Positions 25,265 to 37,700 of a stretch of 64,000 nucleotides of DNA are shown piece after piece. The first letter of the stretch is position 1, and each line of letters opens with the position of its first letter. This DNA comes from Entomortierella parvispora E1425 (taxonomy: Eukaryota > Fungi > Mortierellomycota), in NCBI GenBank assembly GCA_020891255.1, contig BQFW01000013.1, positions 992,001 through 1,056,000 of the forward strand. Reading direction: 5' to 3'. A program made the position numbers and the translations under genes. The notes below the pieces were generated by a model. It was not told the origin of the DNA. It was given only the letters and a program-made list of their open reading frames with translations, and ran no database searches.

Positions 25265-27998
25265 GTAATCGTCTTTTTAGACTGCTTATTCTCTCTCTCT
25301 CTTTCTTTCTCTCTCCGAGAGGGGATCCCCTTCACCCTTGGCTCCTGTTCGGTGAGAACGGCTCCTCAACGGAATGTACAAACCACTTTATACCATTTAC
25401 TTTTAGTTATTTGTCCTCCTCAACCTCCTCTAAAAGCCCTTTTTCGTTTCCTCCTCGAGCACTTCATAATGCAAGCGAGCAGAGACTAATAAAACTCTCA
25501 GAAAAAAAAAGGGTTGCTTTCTAGTTTGGTCACTCATGTGAGAAAGACGCGTCTTTCAATTATTTTTTTTTCATTGCCCTTGACGTTTCATCATTTCAAC
25601 ATGGATCCAGCTCAGACGCTATGACGATGATCACACAGCTCATAGCGTCCAACAACGTCATAATAATAATAGAACTGCGCCCTGTTTGTTATGTAACTTT
25701 TAAGCAAGAAAGCGTCTGGACCCTTGCGTTTTCTGAAGGAAAAAAAAATCCAGATGCGGAGGTTCTCTTGGCTGCTAATCCAATGGAGGATGCAAAAAAA
25801 AACAGATCCAAGTCTGATCAGAGTGTCCACACTTGCAAGATGGAGGTGGCAATGGGAAGATGGATGGGAGGAGGAGAGGAGGGAGGGCGTCAGCGAACAT
25901 CGTTGTCAGCTTCACCCCCGCTTCTCCATCGTTCTTTTTGTTCACTCCCGCCTCCTTCGCCACCTTGGCCCTCCCACGAGTGCTTCTGTCTCGGCAAGTT
26001 TGAGGCGCCAAAATAGTATGGCTGGGAAAAAAGAGGTGGGTAGGTGGGTCGGTAGGCAGGTGTGGCTGGCTCATCAGATCCGAGCCAGACATAGACCTCA
26101 GGCCTACTAAGGAATCCAAGGGGGTGGTTGCAGCATGGCTGCCTCAAACCTCATCACCTATCTTTTTTTGGGACCTTGTTCAGTTTTCATCCCCCCACCC
26201 CCCCTTGCATTTTTCTTTCTTTTGAACAGTCTAGGGTGGCCGTTTCGATGGCATGCCACACCGTCAGCGCGAATGTCAACAAAACACTGAGTGGTGCGAT
26301 TGTCCCTTTGAACTGTTTCTTACAAGATCCACGTTGCCTGATGCTGGAATGGAATCCTTGGGTCATAAGACTGGGTCAAAAAAGAGATAGTTGTTTTTGA
26401 TCTTGATACGACACCGCGGAAAAACGGGAAGGGCTCTTTCTACCCTTTTAGCTCGTCTATTTTCGTGGATTGGACGCGATTAAAAAAAAAAGAAGGAACA
26501 GAGATGGAGTTCGAGAGTGTCAGATGAGCATTCCAACACGCTGAGGAACGCTACGTCGCTGAGAGCACAACTGAACGGATGTGCTGCGTAGCGCTCAAGA
26601 AAACATTCACGCCAGGGTTTATCCGTGCATACTCTGCGCACAGAGGACGCTGGTCAAATAAAGAGGTCAGACGTCTTGAAAAAAAAAAAAAAAAAAAAAG
26701 GAAGGCAAGATGGAAAGGACACCCCTCCAATGTGGGGTGTTGTTGGCTTGATCAGTGCATGCACCATGCATCCTTCGGACATCCACACCAACATGCACCG
26801 TTGTCGAGCTGCCCGGCAGACCACACGCTGGCCCTTTTGTTGTTGTTGAAATCCTTGTGTCGCACTGGCTTTCTCATTCGATGATCTGCTGAAGAGGGAA
26901 AAAAAATAGAGTGGGACGGAGCGGCGGGGCTCGGTTTGACACATGTCCGGATCGACCAAAGGCAGAGAGAGGAAGAGGGAGGAAAGGAAAGGCAATCACT
27001 CTCGTCTGCGTCTTTGTTGTTATCTTTGCTTTGCCCTTTTGACGGCAAGATGCATAACAAATGGTCAAGCCTTCACTTCGTGACCACTGCCTGCACCTTT
27101 CCGTGCTCCCCAGCCAAAGACAAGAAATGCATCGAGCTTCCCGCGTCCTTCCTTGCAGTAGGTCAATGCGATCCAATTAGAAAAAAAAAAGAAAATAAAT
27201 CGGCAGTGGTGCATGCACTCAACAACACAATGAGGCAAACAATCGAAAGGGAAGAAGAAAAATAGCATCGACCACTTTCCCCCGTCTGCACCTCCCTTTC
27301 ACCCCCCATCTTTGCAGCTGAGAGAGATAGACAAATGGTCTGCAAGTTTTGAATCCCTCTCTGAAAAGCTCAAACATTGCAAAATTGTAAGTGTTCTGTC
27401 GAGGATGACATCGTGAGAGTGCGTGTTGTTCCGGTCAACAGGGCAACTTTTCGACATGTTTGTAAAAAAAAAATTAGAGTCAGAGTCTTTTTTCGTCGTT
27501 TTGGAACCTCTTGGCCCCTTGCCTTGTTTTCAGCCGAGCTGTTTGTTTTTTTTTTCTTCTGTCTCTCACTCTGTCCCACCATGGATCTAAAATAGCGAAT
27601 GCTTTGTGGTAAGGTATGCTCTGTTGGTCGCGGTGCTTTGCTATGCAGTGCGACAACAGAATTGTCCAGCCACTTTTTTTTGACGATCCCCTAGGAGGAC
27701 ACGGTGCCATTTTGTTTACTCAATGAGGACGAAGAATAAGTTGCGATTCAATCGCGACGCGTTCAAGAACCAAGATACCGGGACAGCCGAGGGGAAGGGA
27801 ACTGCAAGAAAAAGGAGAGATTTCTTACTTGGGAGGAAAGACGACGGTGTGGAGGGTGGAGGTGTCGGTCACCCTTCAGTTCGTTAACAGGTTCTTTTGG
27901 CAGGTCCGTCACAATTGTCCCCATTTCAATCTGCTCCGACATTGGTCTGTTTGAACACCATCCATGTCTCGTTTGCTCTGGACGGTGTTTTGCTTGTT

Positions 27999-28018
27999 TG
28001 TGTGTGTGTGTGTGTGTG
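27999..28018. repeat. (TG)10 microsatellite
   Basis: Read directly. Confidence 0.85.
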
Positions 28019-29293
28019 GGTTGGGTGTGCGCACTTTTTTCTTTGGCCTGTGGGTTGCCCCTGAGTTTTTTTTTTTTTTTTTTGTCCTTTGGATCGAGTG
28101 GCTGCAGAGGGAGCCAGAAAAAAAAAGAAAAAAAAACATCGAGCAGAATCTATCCTCGGGGTTGCCTCTGTCCATGAGCATGGGGTGGATTGGAATTGGG
28201 GAGAAGGGAAGAGGACAGGACAGCCAACACCTCGAGTGTGTCCCGAAGGAAATTGACTGAGGGTAAGCGGATCAGTCTGTCTCCCATGTCTGTCCCGATC
28301 TGCCCTCTTAGAAAGAAACCATTGAGTGCTTGAATTGCGCCTCAATAGGTCAGTCCTTTGCCCCTCTTTTTTTTTCGTTTTGTTTATCCACGAACTGAAT
28401 AGAAACCCATAGACTCAACAACACACCCACGGTGACCCGTCCATCCATCCGCGGCACGAACAACAAACAGACAGGCAAACATCACAGACCCTTGAGACGC
28501 GTTCGTGTTCGCTCTTTGTCTTCATTGCCTCTGTCTCTATCATCAATCAACAATCACTGTAACCACTGCCGCGAAACTCTCCAGCCCTCTACTTCTCTTC
28601 TCCCCACAGTGCGCGTCGTGTTGGTCGTGTTCCCTTTCCTTCGCCCTCTTTCTTCTGCACTACAGCTCAACTCTTTCTTTTTCTTTCTTCTCTCTGCACT
28701 TGTCTCCTCATTTTTTTATATTCCCCCCGTCCATCCCTCCTTTCTCATCTGGCCCCCCATTTTCCACCCTTGTGTTTCCAATTCTAGCCTTCCTTCCCTT
28801 CCCTTCCCTCCGCATCCCATTGACAGCCACCATCGCTGCGCGCTCTTTCTACCTTCGCGGCCTTCCATCGACCCAGCTATTCATCGTGCATCCATCTCCA
28901 ACGCGACTCCGTTCCTCCTCTCCCCAATCTGACAAAGCGAGGCTCTATCCACACACACACACCCCCGGCAACCGTATCCAGAGCCAAACCTCTCGAGCAG
29001 GATCCAATCCTTTTCTATATCTTGCTGCCTTTTTCTCCCTCTTGAATTTTTTTTTCTCCTCTTCCATTTCTCATTTATTTCACCCTGCTTCTTGTCTCTT
29101 CCCTTTGCCCTCCACCCCTTCACACTTTACATTTCGCAGAAAGTTCTTTGGGCAGATCACTGTTCGCCCACCTCCTCATCCTTCCTTCGCAACCTCCTCA
29201 CTCACTCCTACTCCTACTATCTCCTTCCTTCATCGGTGGTCCCTTTTCACATCCTCCTTCATCCCCCTGCCCAAACCTGATATAAACACAATA

Positions 29294-31406
29294 ATGTTCA
29301 GTCCTAGCACAGCCGTCGGGCCCCTGTCCGCGCCGTCGTCGCCTTCATTCCCAAACACAACCAGCAATCTCCCAGAGTCTCCTGCCCCTTCCTCGTTCAT
29401 GGGCATGCACGGCCACAACAGCAATAGCTCCGGCAGCCTCTATGAGCCATTCCGACGAAACTCTGTCCCCATTCTTACGGTCGATCAAGCAGAGCACAAG
29501 CGCAAGATCTCTGAAGAGAAGCATATGCAACGTCAGGGTTCGTGGTCCTCACTCTCGTCCAGTGCGTCGTCCAACTCGCTCATGGGAGGACCTATTCATC
29601 ACCATGGTATCATTGGTGTTCCCCCACCTGGCCTTCACCATCTTGATGCCGCTCACTTGGATCCCGCGACGATGCACTACTATCGCACACAGTTCTCGCA
29701 ACAGCACGTCCTTCAACAACAGCAGCAACAACAACATCTGCACATGCAGCAGCAGCATGGCCTTAACCAGGTCATGCCCTCTTCCCCCATGCCCGATAAC
29801 TTCATGTCCAATGGGGGTGGACATCACCACCATCACTCCTCCTCTTCCTCTACTGGTGCTATTCGAAGCACGAGCAGTGCAAAGGTCAAACGTAACAACT
29901 CCATCTGCTCCACTACCAGTGTCTCGTCCTCGAGCAGTGGCTCCAACAACAAACACCCCTGTAAATTTCCCAGCTGCGAGTGGTCCTTCAAGCGGTATGA
30001 GCACCTGAAGCGCCATATGTTGGTCCACACTAAGGAGAGGCCGTTCCAGTGCGAGTTTGCAGGATGCAACAAGTCATTTAGCCGGTCCGATAACTTCTCA
30101 GCCCATCTTAGGACCCACTCTAAGAAGGCCCTGGCTCACCGTCGGTATGAGAGCCGGGGACTTGAAACGGGCAATAACAATGGTCCTGGCAATGGTCCCT
30201 CGATCAAACAGGAGTCCCAAGACGCGTCGGGCTCTCTTTCTGGCTCGTCTGATGTCGGCATGGCTGGCTTCATTCCCCATCCATCCATGCATCTTCCTCA
30301 CAGCTACAGCTCGAGTTCGATGAGCCAGAGTGTCACCTCAGACTATGGCCGCGACGAGTACTCGCCTCCCCTTTCACCCGGCGGCACTCCCATGCACCGG
30401 TCCCATTCGGCTTTGGGCACATCTTCCTCCCTGAATGACGACGATTCGTTTGATATGATGGGCCACCATTCCGGCTATGGCTTTGGAGGCAGTTCCATGT
30501 ATTCATTGGACCACCTAGATAACCTGAACAACATGGTTCCCAAGTTTGATACCATCCGCTTGGATATCAAGTCGGTTGCACCTGGGGACATGCAAGCCCA
30601 GTATGACGATGACCGCCATGATGGCATGGGTTTGTCCAGCGACAACCCGACCAACAACCCTAACGGAGAGTCGCCCAGGGCATCTTCGCCAACGATGCAG
30701 CAGTATGAGCACTTTTCGTTCCCTCCTTCCATCTCGACGCACTTCATGCCTGTCATGTCCACTCAGGATCAACACTCACAAAGTAGCCAAAATGGACATG
30801 ATTCCATGCAGCCGTCGTCGGCTGGCTCTTATACCTCTTTGCCTTCGTCTGATTCCTTCAGCAGCCAAGGTTACCATTCCGATAGTGATATGAAGGGCAT
30901 TCATTTCTCACAAGGATCCGGTAACGGTGACTCAGATACCCACTACTCGCCGTCACCCCCATTGAACAGCGATGGTCACTCTCAAGGCCCCTACCACCAC
31001 TCATCTTCGATGTATGAGAGCAACGGTAGTGGTCACGGATCCAAGGGAGGCAACCCAATGATGTATCACATGTCGTATGCAACGCTTCCACGGTCTGCCT
31101 CGTCCTCCTCCATTACTTCGTCGTCTGCAGCCTTGCCGCCTCATCCCTTGATGTCATCCATGTCCACATCGGTCTCCACACCTGGTGGTTTGAATGACCC
31201 TTTGTACTCGCCCAACTCTACCATGATTGCAGGTCAAGGATCGCGTGGTAAGTCTATTCATTCTGCTCCTGTGCGCACAATCATTGTTCATTTGTCCCAG
31301 ACACTAATGATCTCCTTCATCCTCAATAGCTCAACAAGTGAAGGCGCATCAGCGCCAAATCACCAAGCTCCAGTTGAAGCAACAGCGCCAAGCCCAAACA
31401 GCATGA
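29294..31406 (+). CDS. C2H2 zinc-finger transcription factor, paralog of the 12557..16170 gene, single intact finger pair, about 676 aa
   Basis: ATG 29294 (the track ORF upstream of it is CT-rich leader). Exons 29294-31247 and 31330-31406 (GTAAGT...AATAG, phase 1). Fingers at 29960-30118 are [53 protein letters not shown]. Confidence 0.88.
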
Positions 31407-32524
31407 GAGTGACGCGTCGAGAACCCTTTCTATCCACATACCCATCATCCTCATTTTTTTTTCTTGAGGGAGTTCGCCAATTGTAAAACCTTTATCCTCC
31501 GGACCTCCAACAACCTCTTCTTCCTCTTCTTCCTCTCTGTGTACATTCTCTCTTCGTTCTTCCTCTCATTGCTAGCCCTTTTTTGTTCCTTTTTACGCGT
31601 CATACCTGTCGAATTCATAGAGTCCACCAACCCTTTTGCGTTAGAACCTTTTTTTTTTACTGTTGTTGTCTGCTTTATCATTGATCTCTTTTGTAGCTTT
31701 TTCTTTTTTCATTTCCCCCTTGACACATTCTCTTGCTCTAGTTCCTTGACTTGCAGTCCTTCAGGTAAAATTTGTTACCAGAGGAGCTATCATTTGTAAT
31801 CTCACTCCTCCCTTTCATAGATTAAACACTTCCTTCCCCCCTTCTTTTTCCTTCCCCTCAGCCCACTTCAATTATACCTCATTAAACACTGGACTTGAAA
31901 CCAAAGGAGAATGGTATCTGTTATGAGTATAAAGTCATTAGCCCCCTTGACACCCAATCTCACGATTCCCACGAATATCATCTTGGTAATATCAAGGAGA
32001 TCTTGCCACGCGATCGTGACCATTTGAAGAATCGGCAAAAAGCTTGGTCAATGCATTACACAATGTTGATCGTTGATCTTGCCCACCCATTGATGCATGG
32101 GTATACAAAGGTCGTGGTACAATATGCACAGAGGTATATGTGGAAGATGAAGACATTTCCCCTCTCTGGCTGCAACATGTGTTTACTGAACTTGTTCCCA
32201 AGTTTCCATACATCTGCACGTCCAGGAACGTCCTGGGGTTGAATGTGCGGTCTGTGTGTTTGAGACGTCCATCCGTCTCCGTGCCTTCTCGCCCCAGCGA
32301 TATGTCACTGAAAAAAAAAATGTGGGATGATGATTGTCGCGAACACGATGGGCGTGTCGCCCGCACAATAACAAGTAGTCTAATTAATCTCCAGAGGTGT
32401 CACCAACGATGCGCCAATCGCGTCCTGTGTCATCCATCTCTCGCGCGCCTCTTTCTCCACCTCAAATGAATCCAAGAGTGGAGAGACAAAGTTGGGCGGT
32501 GGGGCAATTGAGAGGAATGGTTCC

Positions 32525-32824
32525 ATGCTCACAATTTCCAAGACAGCCCTTCTTTTCTGCTGTTATCTGGTTGTTGCCCAGGAGCAAAGTACCTCTCAGC
32601 AATGTACTGTGGCGATGGGCTGCTGTTGCGCCCAATCGTCTTTTCTCCGCTTTCATCCGAGTCCCCTGCTTGGCTCTCGACACAAAGAAGCTGAAGTGAA
32701 CAAAGCCGCACAACACTGGAGCAAGGTATACATCACCAAATGGACAGAAAATCAAGGGGGGGTAAGATGTCAGAGATGTAGAAAGTCGTTTTGCACCAAA
32801 GCTTTCAAGAAGTACTTTTCATGA
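32525..32824 (+). CDS. Possible small Cys-rich ORF with signal-peptide-like N-terminus (99 aa); doubtful
   Basis: MLTISKTALLFCCYLVVAQEQ...MGCCCAQ...VRCQRCRKSFCTKAFKKYFS. No homology recognised; may be non-coding. Confidence 0.2.
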   Translation: MLTISKTALLFCCYLVVAQEQSTSQQCTVAMGCCCAQSSFLRFHPSPLLGSRHKEAEVNKAAQHWSKVYITKWTENQGGVRCQRCRKSFCTKAFKKYFS

Positions 32825-34752
32825 CATACGGGCCTTTTTCGCGACATGTGCTACAACAATAATGCAAGGTCAGCATCTTTTTTGTTTTTTAGCGTGGGTG
32901 AATTTCTCCAATAATATCCCTGCCCTGACAGGGGGATCCGTCTAGCGTTGACCAAAGGGGAGCGACAGAGAGGAGCGATAGAGAGCTTTCCCTCAAAGTC
33001 CGATGGACAGGTAAGACAGACATGTGCAGGCTACATGGTGGGGATCCTCCTCAGGGTCCGAGACGAAACCGACCTCACCTCCTCGACTTTTTCAAAAAGC
33101 CCAATTGGCTTATGGGATGGGATCGAGGGAAGATCGTGTTTGCACAAGCCAGCCAGTAGCTCTCAATAATACACTTTCCCTCCTCCCTCTGGTGTTTCTC
33201 AGCCATTTCTGGAAGAAAGAGCAGGCAGTGCAGACGGAAGAATAATGGCTCGTCCTGGCTGGCAAACCATAAAGGGTCCAGACGTTGTGGATGACACTTG
33301 GAGACTAGGACTGTGCAAATAAAACTCTACCATCATAGAGTTTGGTTGTCATTTTGATTTTTTTTGTTTTTGTTTTTTTCTTGTGCTTTCATATGTGAGC
33401 AGAGGTACCTATGGCAGGCTGGCAATGCAATAGACGGGGCCTGCGACTCTTTTTCTCTCTCGACTGTTTTTGTGCAATGGAGAGAGACATGCAGTGGGTC
33501 TATCTATTTTGTGTTTGTGTTCAATTTTGTATGAGCTCTGGTGGCATGTGCTTACAACGACTGCAGCCTCTGGATCGGCAGTCAAGAAGTGGACTGATCT
33601 CGCCCTCTTTCCTTTGTGGACAACGCCAACGGTGTATTGTTTACTTTTCTACATAGGGGTCCTTCGATTTGAGTCGATTATTATCGAAAGGATATGTGTC
33701 CATGAAACAGAGTTGTGCTTTGGAGAGAAAGGTGGATTTTTGTTCACCGCTTGGGCTGCAGGGCCTAGAGTGTGGAGGAATGAAATATCTGAGAGAGAAA
33801 AAGGAGATGAACTGACTGCGGTTGTTCTCCGATATGAACCTCTTTGTTCTCTCTCGCCTACTCCTTCTCTCTGTCTCTCTCTCATTCTCTCTCGCTGAAG
33901 CTTCTCTACGCACGGCTGAGAAGGAACTGAAAAAAAGACGACCAGTCAGCGGGCGGCAAGTCCTGTGCGTTCAAGTACCTTCAGGCTGTAAAACCCCTTT
34001 GCAAACGCGGAGAGAAAGAGTGATCCACGACGGACCAGACATACCCGCACTCGGGTACCTGAGGCCGCGATTGACGCTAAAATGGACTCTCAGTCCTCTA
34101 GTCCCATTCACTCTGTGCGTCTGGCTCATTTCTTCTCTCTTCTTCGCTCCTCTTCACTCTTTCTCTCCTTCACTCTCTTCTCTTCTCCTTCTTCAGCCCT
34201 GCAGGGACCACCATCCCTCTCTCCTCTCTCCTCTCTCCCTCCTCCTTCTTTTATACCCCTTATAGCACCCTATCCCCCCACACTTTTCTTTTCCTTCTTC
34301 CACTGACAGGGATCTCGCTTTCTTTTTTTCCCCATTCTGCATGCAACTCGCCATTCCTCCTTGACATTGCGACATTCCTCCGCCCTTGCTGCATTGCAAC
34401 TGTCCATCTTCTTCCCCATTGGCAGTCTTCCCTTCCCTCGTCTGATCTCGGCCACACCCGCTGTTCTTTCTATTCTTCCCCGCAACGGATCGTCCCCGAT
34501 TTGTTGTCCCACCACGCGACATTTTATTCCACAAACACTCGCCCCCTTGCCCTCACTTTGTCATTTATTTGTTGGACAAGAAAATCTCTCCTCTTCTCTC
34601 CCCCCTTGCCCTCGCCCTTGACCTCGTCAAAACGTCCATGCGATAGGAGGGTATAAGCCCAAGCAATAAGGACGTCGTAACTGCCGACTGGCAAGGCAAA
34701 GTAAACAGAAAAAAATCCTAGCCCTTCTTCTCCCAAACAAGGCCACGCAACC

Positions 34753-37700
34753 ATGGCCTGGAATGGTACTCATGGCGGCGGAAACGGCCAGTGGGGGACT
34801 AACGAAACCTTGCCCAACAACGGGACCGACCATGGCCCTGGCGGATATGGCGATGGAGAACCATGGCGATATCCCGGCGGCGGACCTTCCCTCTCCACGC
34901 TTCGGTCCTTGCAGCCCTATACCAGCTACGTGGTCGCGACCTGTTGGCTCACGTTCCTGTGTGTGATTGCTGTAGGGATTTGTATAAAGTCCATGACTCG
35001 TCTGAGGGGATGGGCTTGCTACATCACCTTCCTGGGTCTCTCGATCGCGATCTTGGGTCTATTGAGGGCCAGGTTCTTGCTCAGTCCGAACTGGTTCTGG
35101 GCTTGGAACTTCATTGGCGAGTCCTCCGGTGTGGTCGTGATCGCGATCACCATCGTCAGTGTCGGGTCTGGCTTTTACCCCATGGCGACAAACAGGACCC
35201 TGTACTGGCGAGCCTCCCAACTGGTCATCATCTTGTATGGATGTATGGCTTTTGCCAACGCGACCTATTACATTCAACAAAAGCTCATCTACCATGCTCT
35301 CTCGGGAGCAGAGGTCCAGTCTTTGAGGAACTCGATCGTAGAGCAAGGACTGTTCACGGCCCAACAGCTGGCCTTGCAACGTCAACTGGAGCAACGCCAG
35401 GGGCTAATTCCTCCAGGAGATGCGGCGGTGACGGGCGTATCGAGCTGGAGGGAGCTGTCTTGGGCCGAGAAGGAGATGTTTGCCAGGCCGGTAGTGTGGT
35501 GCTATCTGGGGCATCAGTTGCTGACTCTGCTGACCTGCATCTGGGTGACATTCTACCTCTTCATACCGCTGCTCAGGCACCACATGAAGGGGCCGATGGG
35601 CCGAACAGTCGACAGCGACATGATGGCGGTCGGTGTCTGGTACATGTCCTGCTTAATGACCCTCGCTGCTGTAAGCCATCAAACTGTCTGATGATCGATG
35701 ATCATTTGCTTTCACGAGTAGAAAGAGCTAATCCGTCCACTTGCTTCCTGTAGGCTTACATGGCATTACAAATCGTTTATTGCGTGCGACACGAGTTCAT
35801 CTTTGAGCAGCAAGCTCAAGCATTGGATCTATGTCTCCGTATCACGATCGCGCCAATCTACTTCTTGCCTGCACCAGCTTTCCTCATTCGCTTCTACCGC
35901 GAGCATTTCCAAAAGTTCAAGAGCGGTAGAGGCAGCAGCAGTGGCGGCAATGGTGGCAGTCGCAATGTCAACAACTTTTCAAACAACAACAACAACAACA
36001 TTTCCTTTGGAGGATCGGGAAACAACCAATTTGGAACTGGATCTGGCAACTTTGTGGGATCCATCACCAACTCGGAAGTCGGTCAAGGGCGTGGCGGCAG
36101 CACAGGCAGTGTCCTTCACAACTACCTCTATGGATGCAAAAATACCCCCAGAACTGGTAGTCGGTTAGGCTGTGGAGGCGACAACGATTTTCGGGGGCGG
36201 GATTCATTTGAGAACGAAGTCGAGGACGACGATCTCCATCTCGACCGCTCCCCACATCCTACGAACGTTCAACATCTCCACAGCCACCTTCATCACTCGC
36301 TTGCTGCCTCTTCCTCCAACACTGCAGTCTCGCCCACGAAAGCCAACCAACCCGGTGCTGGTCTAAACGCCTTCAAGCTCTTCCAAAGTCGAGATCGAGG
36401 GCAATCGGTCGAAAGCAGTCGAGGGCTCAGTCGTGATTTTGAATATGAATCGTCCCACTCTCACAACTATTCCGAGGGAGGTCGATCGGATTATCTACTT
36501 CATGGCGACGGCAGCGGCGGACACAGCCATACCAACAGTGTCGATCTTTATAACATGCAACCATTGAGGCGATCCACCCCACTGGAAGGAATACACGATA
36601 TTGAATTGCACCTGAATGGACCAAAGGCGCTGCCCTTTGAGATTTTGGACTCTCCCCAAGTCCCAAAAGCGGCATTGTCCTCGCAATATTTGAGGAGCCC
36701 AAACGATCATGCCAATGCGACAAGACCAGACTCGGAGTTCATGCCAAGAAGTCCAACGAGCTCAGAAAAGGATCTGGAGCTAGAGTCGCAGGAGCCACTA
36801 GAGGAAAAGGAGACCCCTTCTCAAGGTAAACTATATGAAACAGTCTACACTGATTTCCTAAGACATATAATGGAGACTTACATTGGCTGCTTCAACATTT
36901 TGAAAAATAGGCGACACGACGAACATTCCAGTCGCCACAGGCACGACGGGCTGGGAAGTGGGTGGATTCAGTGCGAATATCTTGCCTCCAACCACAACCG
37001 CACCCTCATCTCCCCCGCCGCAGCAGCAGCAACAACCGCAGCCTCAGGCAGAGCAGAAAACATCATCAGCGCTCGACCCATTGGCAAATGTTCGGATAGA
37101 GGAACTGACAGGTCTTCAGCGTCAGTTGGCAGAGCATCGGTCTGCTCTCTTGCCTCAAGTTATTGCCTTCAGGGAGTATCACGACAACCGTTCAGCCGCC
37201 GAGTCCTTTGATCATACCTTCTCGCACAAGGATGAGAAAGTTTCGGATGCAAAGGATAGCAGCGATTATTACAGACCTTCGGAGGAAATGGCTCCTGCTG
37301 GAGGACGAGGACCTCCTGTGGGCCATTCGCAACATCGCCTGGAAAAAGATAATCGAGGAAAGGAACAGCAACCTCAAAAAACCAAGGAGGGCGGAGGTCT
37401 CTTGTCTATGTTTTCGAAAAAAGTGACGAAAAGCAATAATAGCACTACCAACAACACCGGAGGCGGACCCACTGCTGGGGGCGTGGTGATGGCGAGAGAC
37501 GGGTCTTTGGAGTCAAATGAGCGGTCCAGCCAAGATGCCAAAGAGCCGATGCCTGTGGAGGAACTCGCGGCGATGAGTACAACAGAAAACGAGGCCAATG
37601 CTCGAAAGGGTTACTCATCCTATGACTATGTGGATCCGTACGAGCTCGGCAGTCGCCCATCCATGAGCATGACACGGGGTGGAAGATCAGCTTCCTCTTC

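Noticed and set aside
28505-29293. 263-residue Phe/Leu/Ser/Pro-rich N-terminal extension of the 993-aa track ORF, suggesting a membrane-anchored TF
   Set aside because: Translation of a stop-poor CT-rich leader from a non-ATG start. The first ATG with paralog-like downstream sequence is at 29294.
32090-32135. AWVYKGRGTIC peptide resembling the GH19 chitinase YxGRG motif
   Set aside because: The frame contains nearby stops and no other GH19 motif is present; likely chance.
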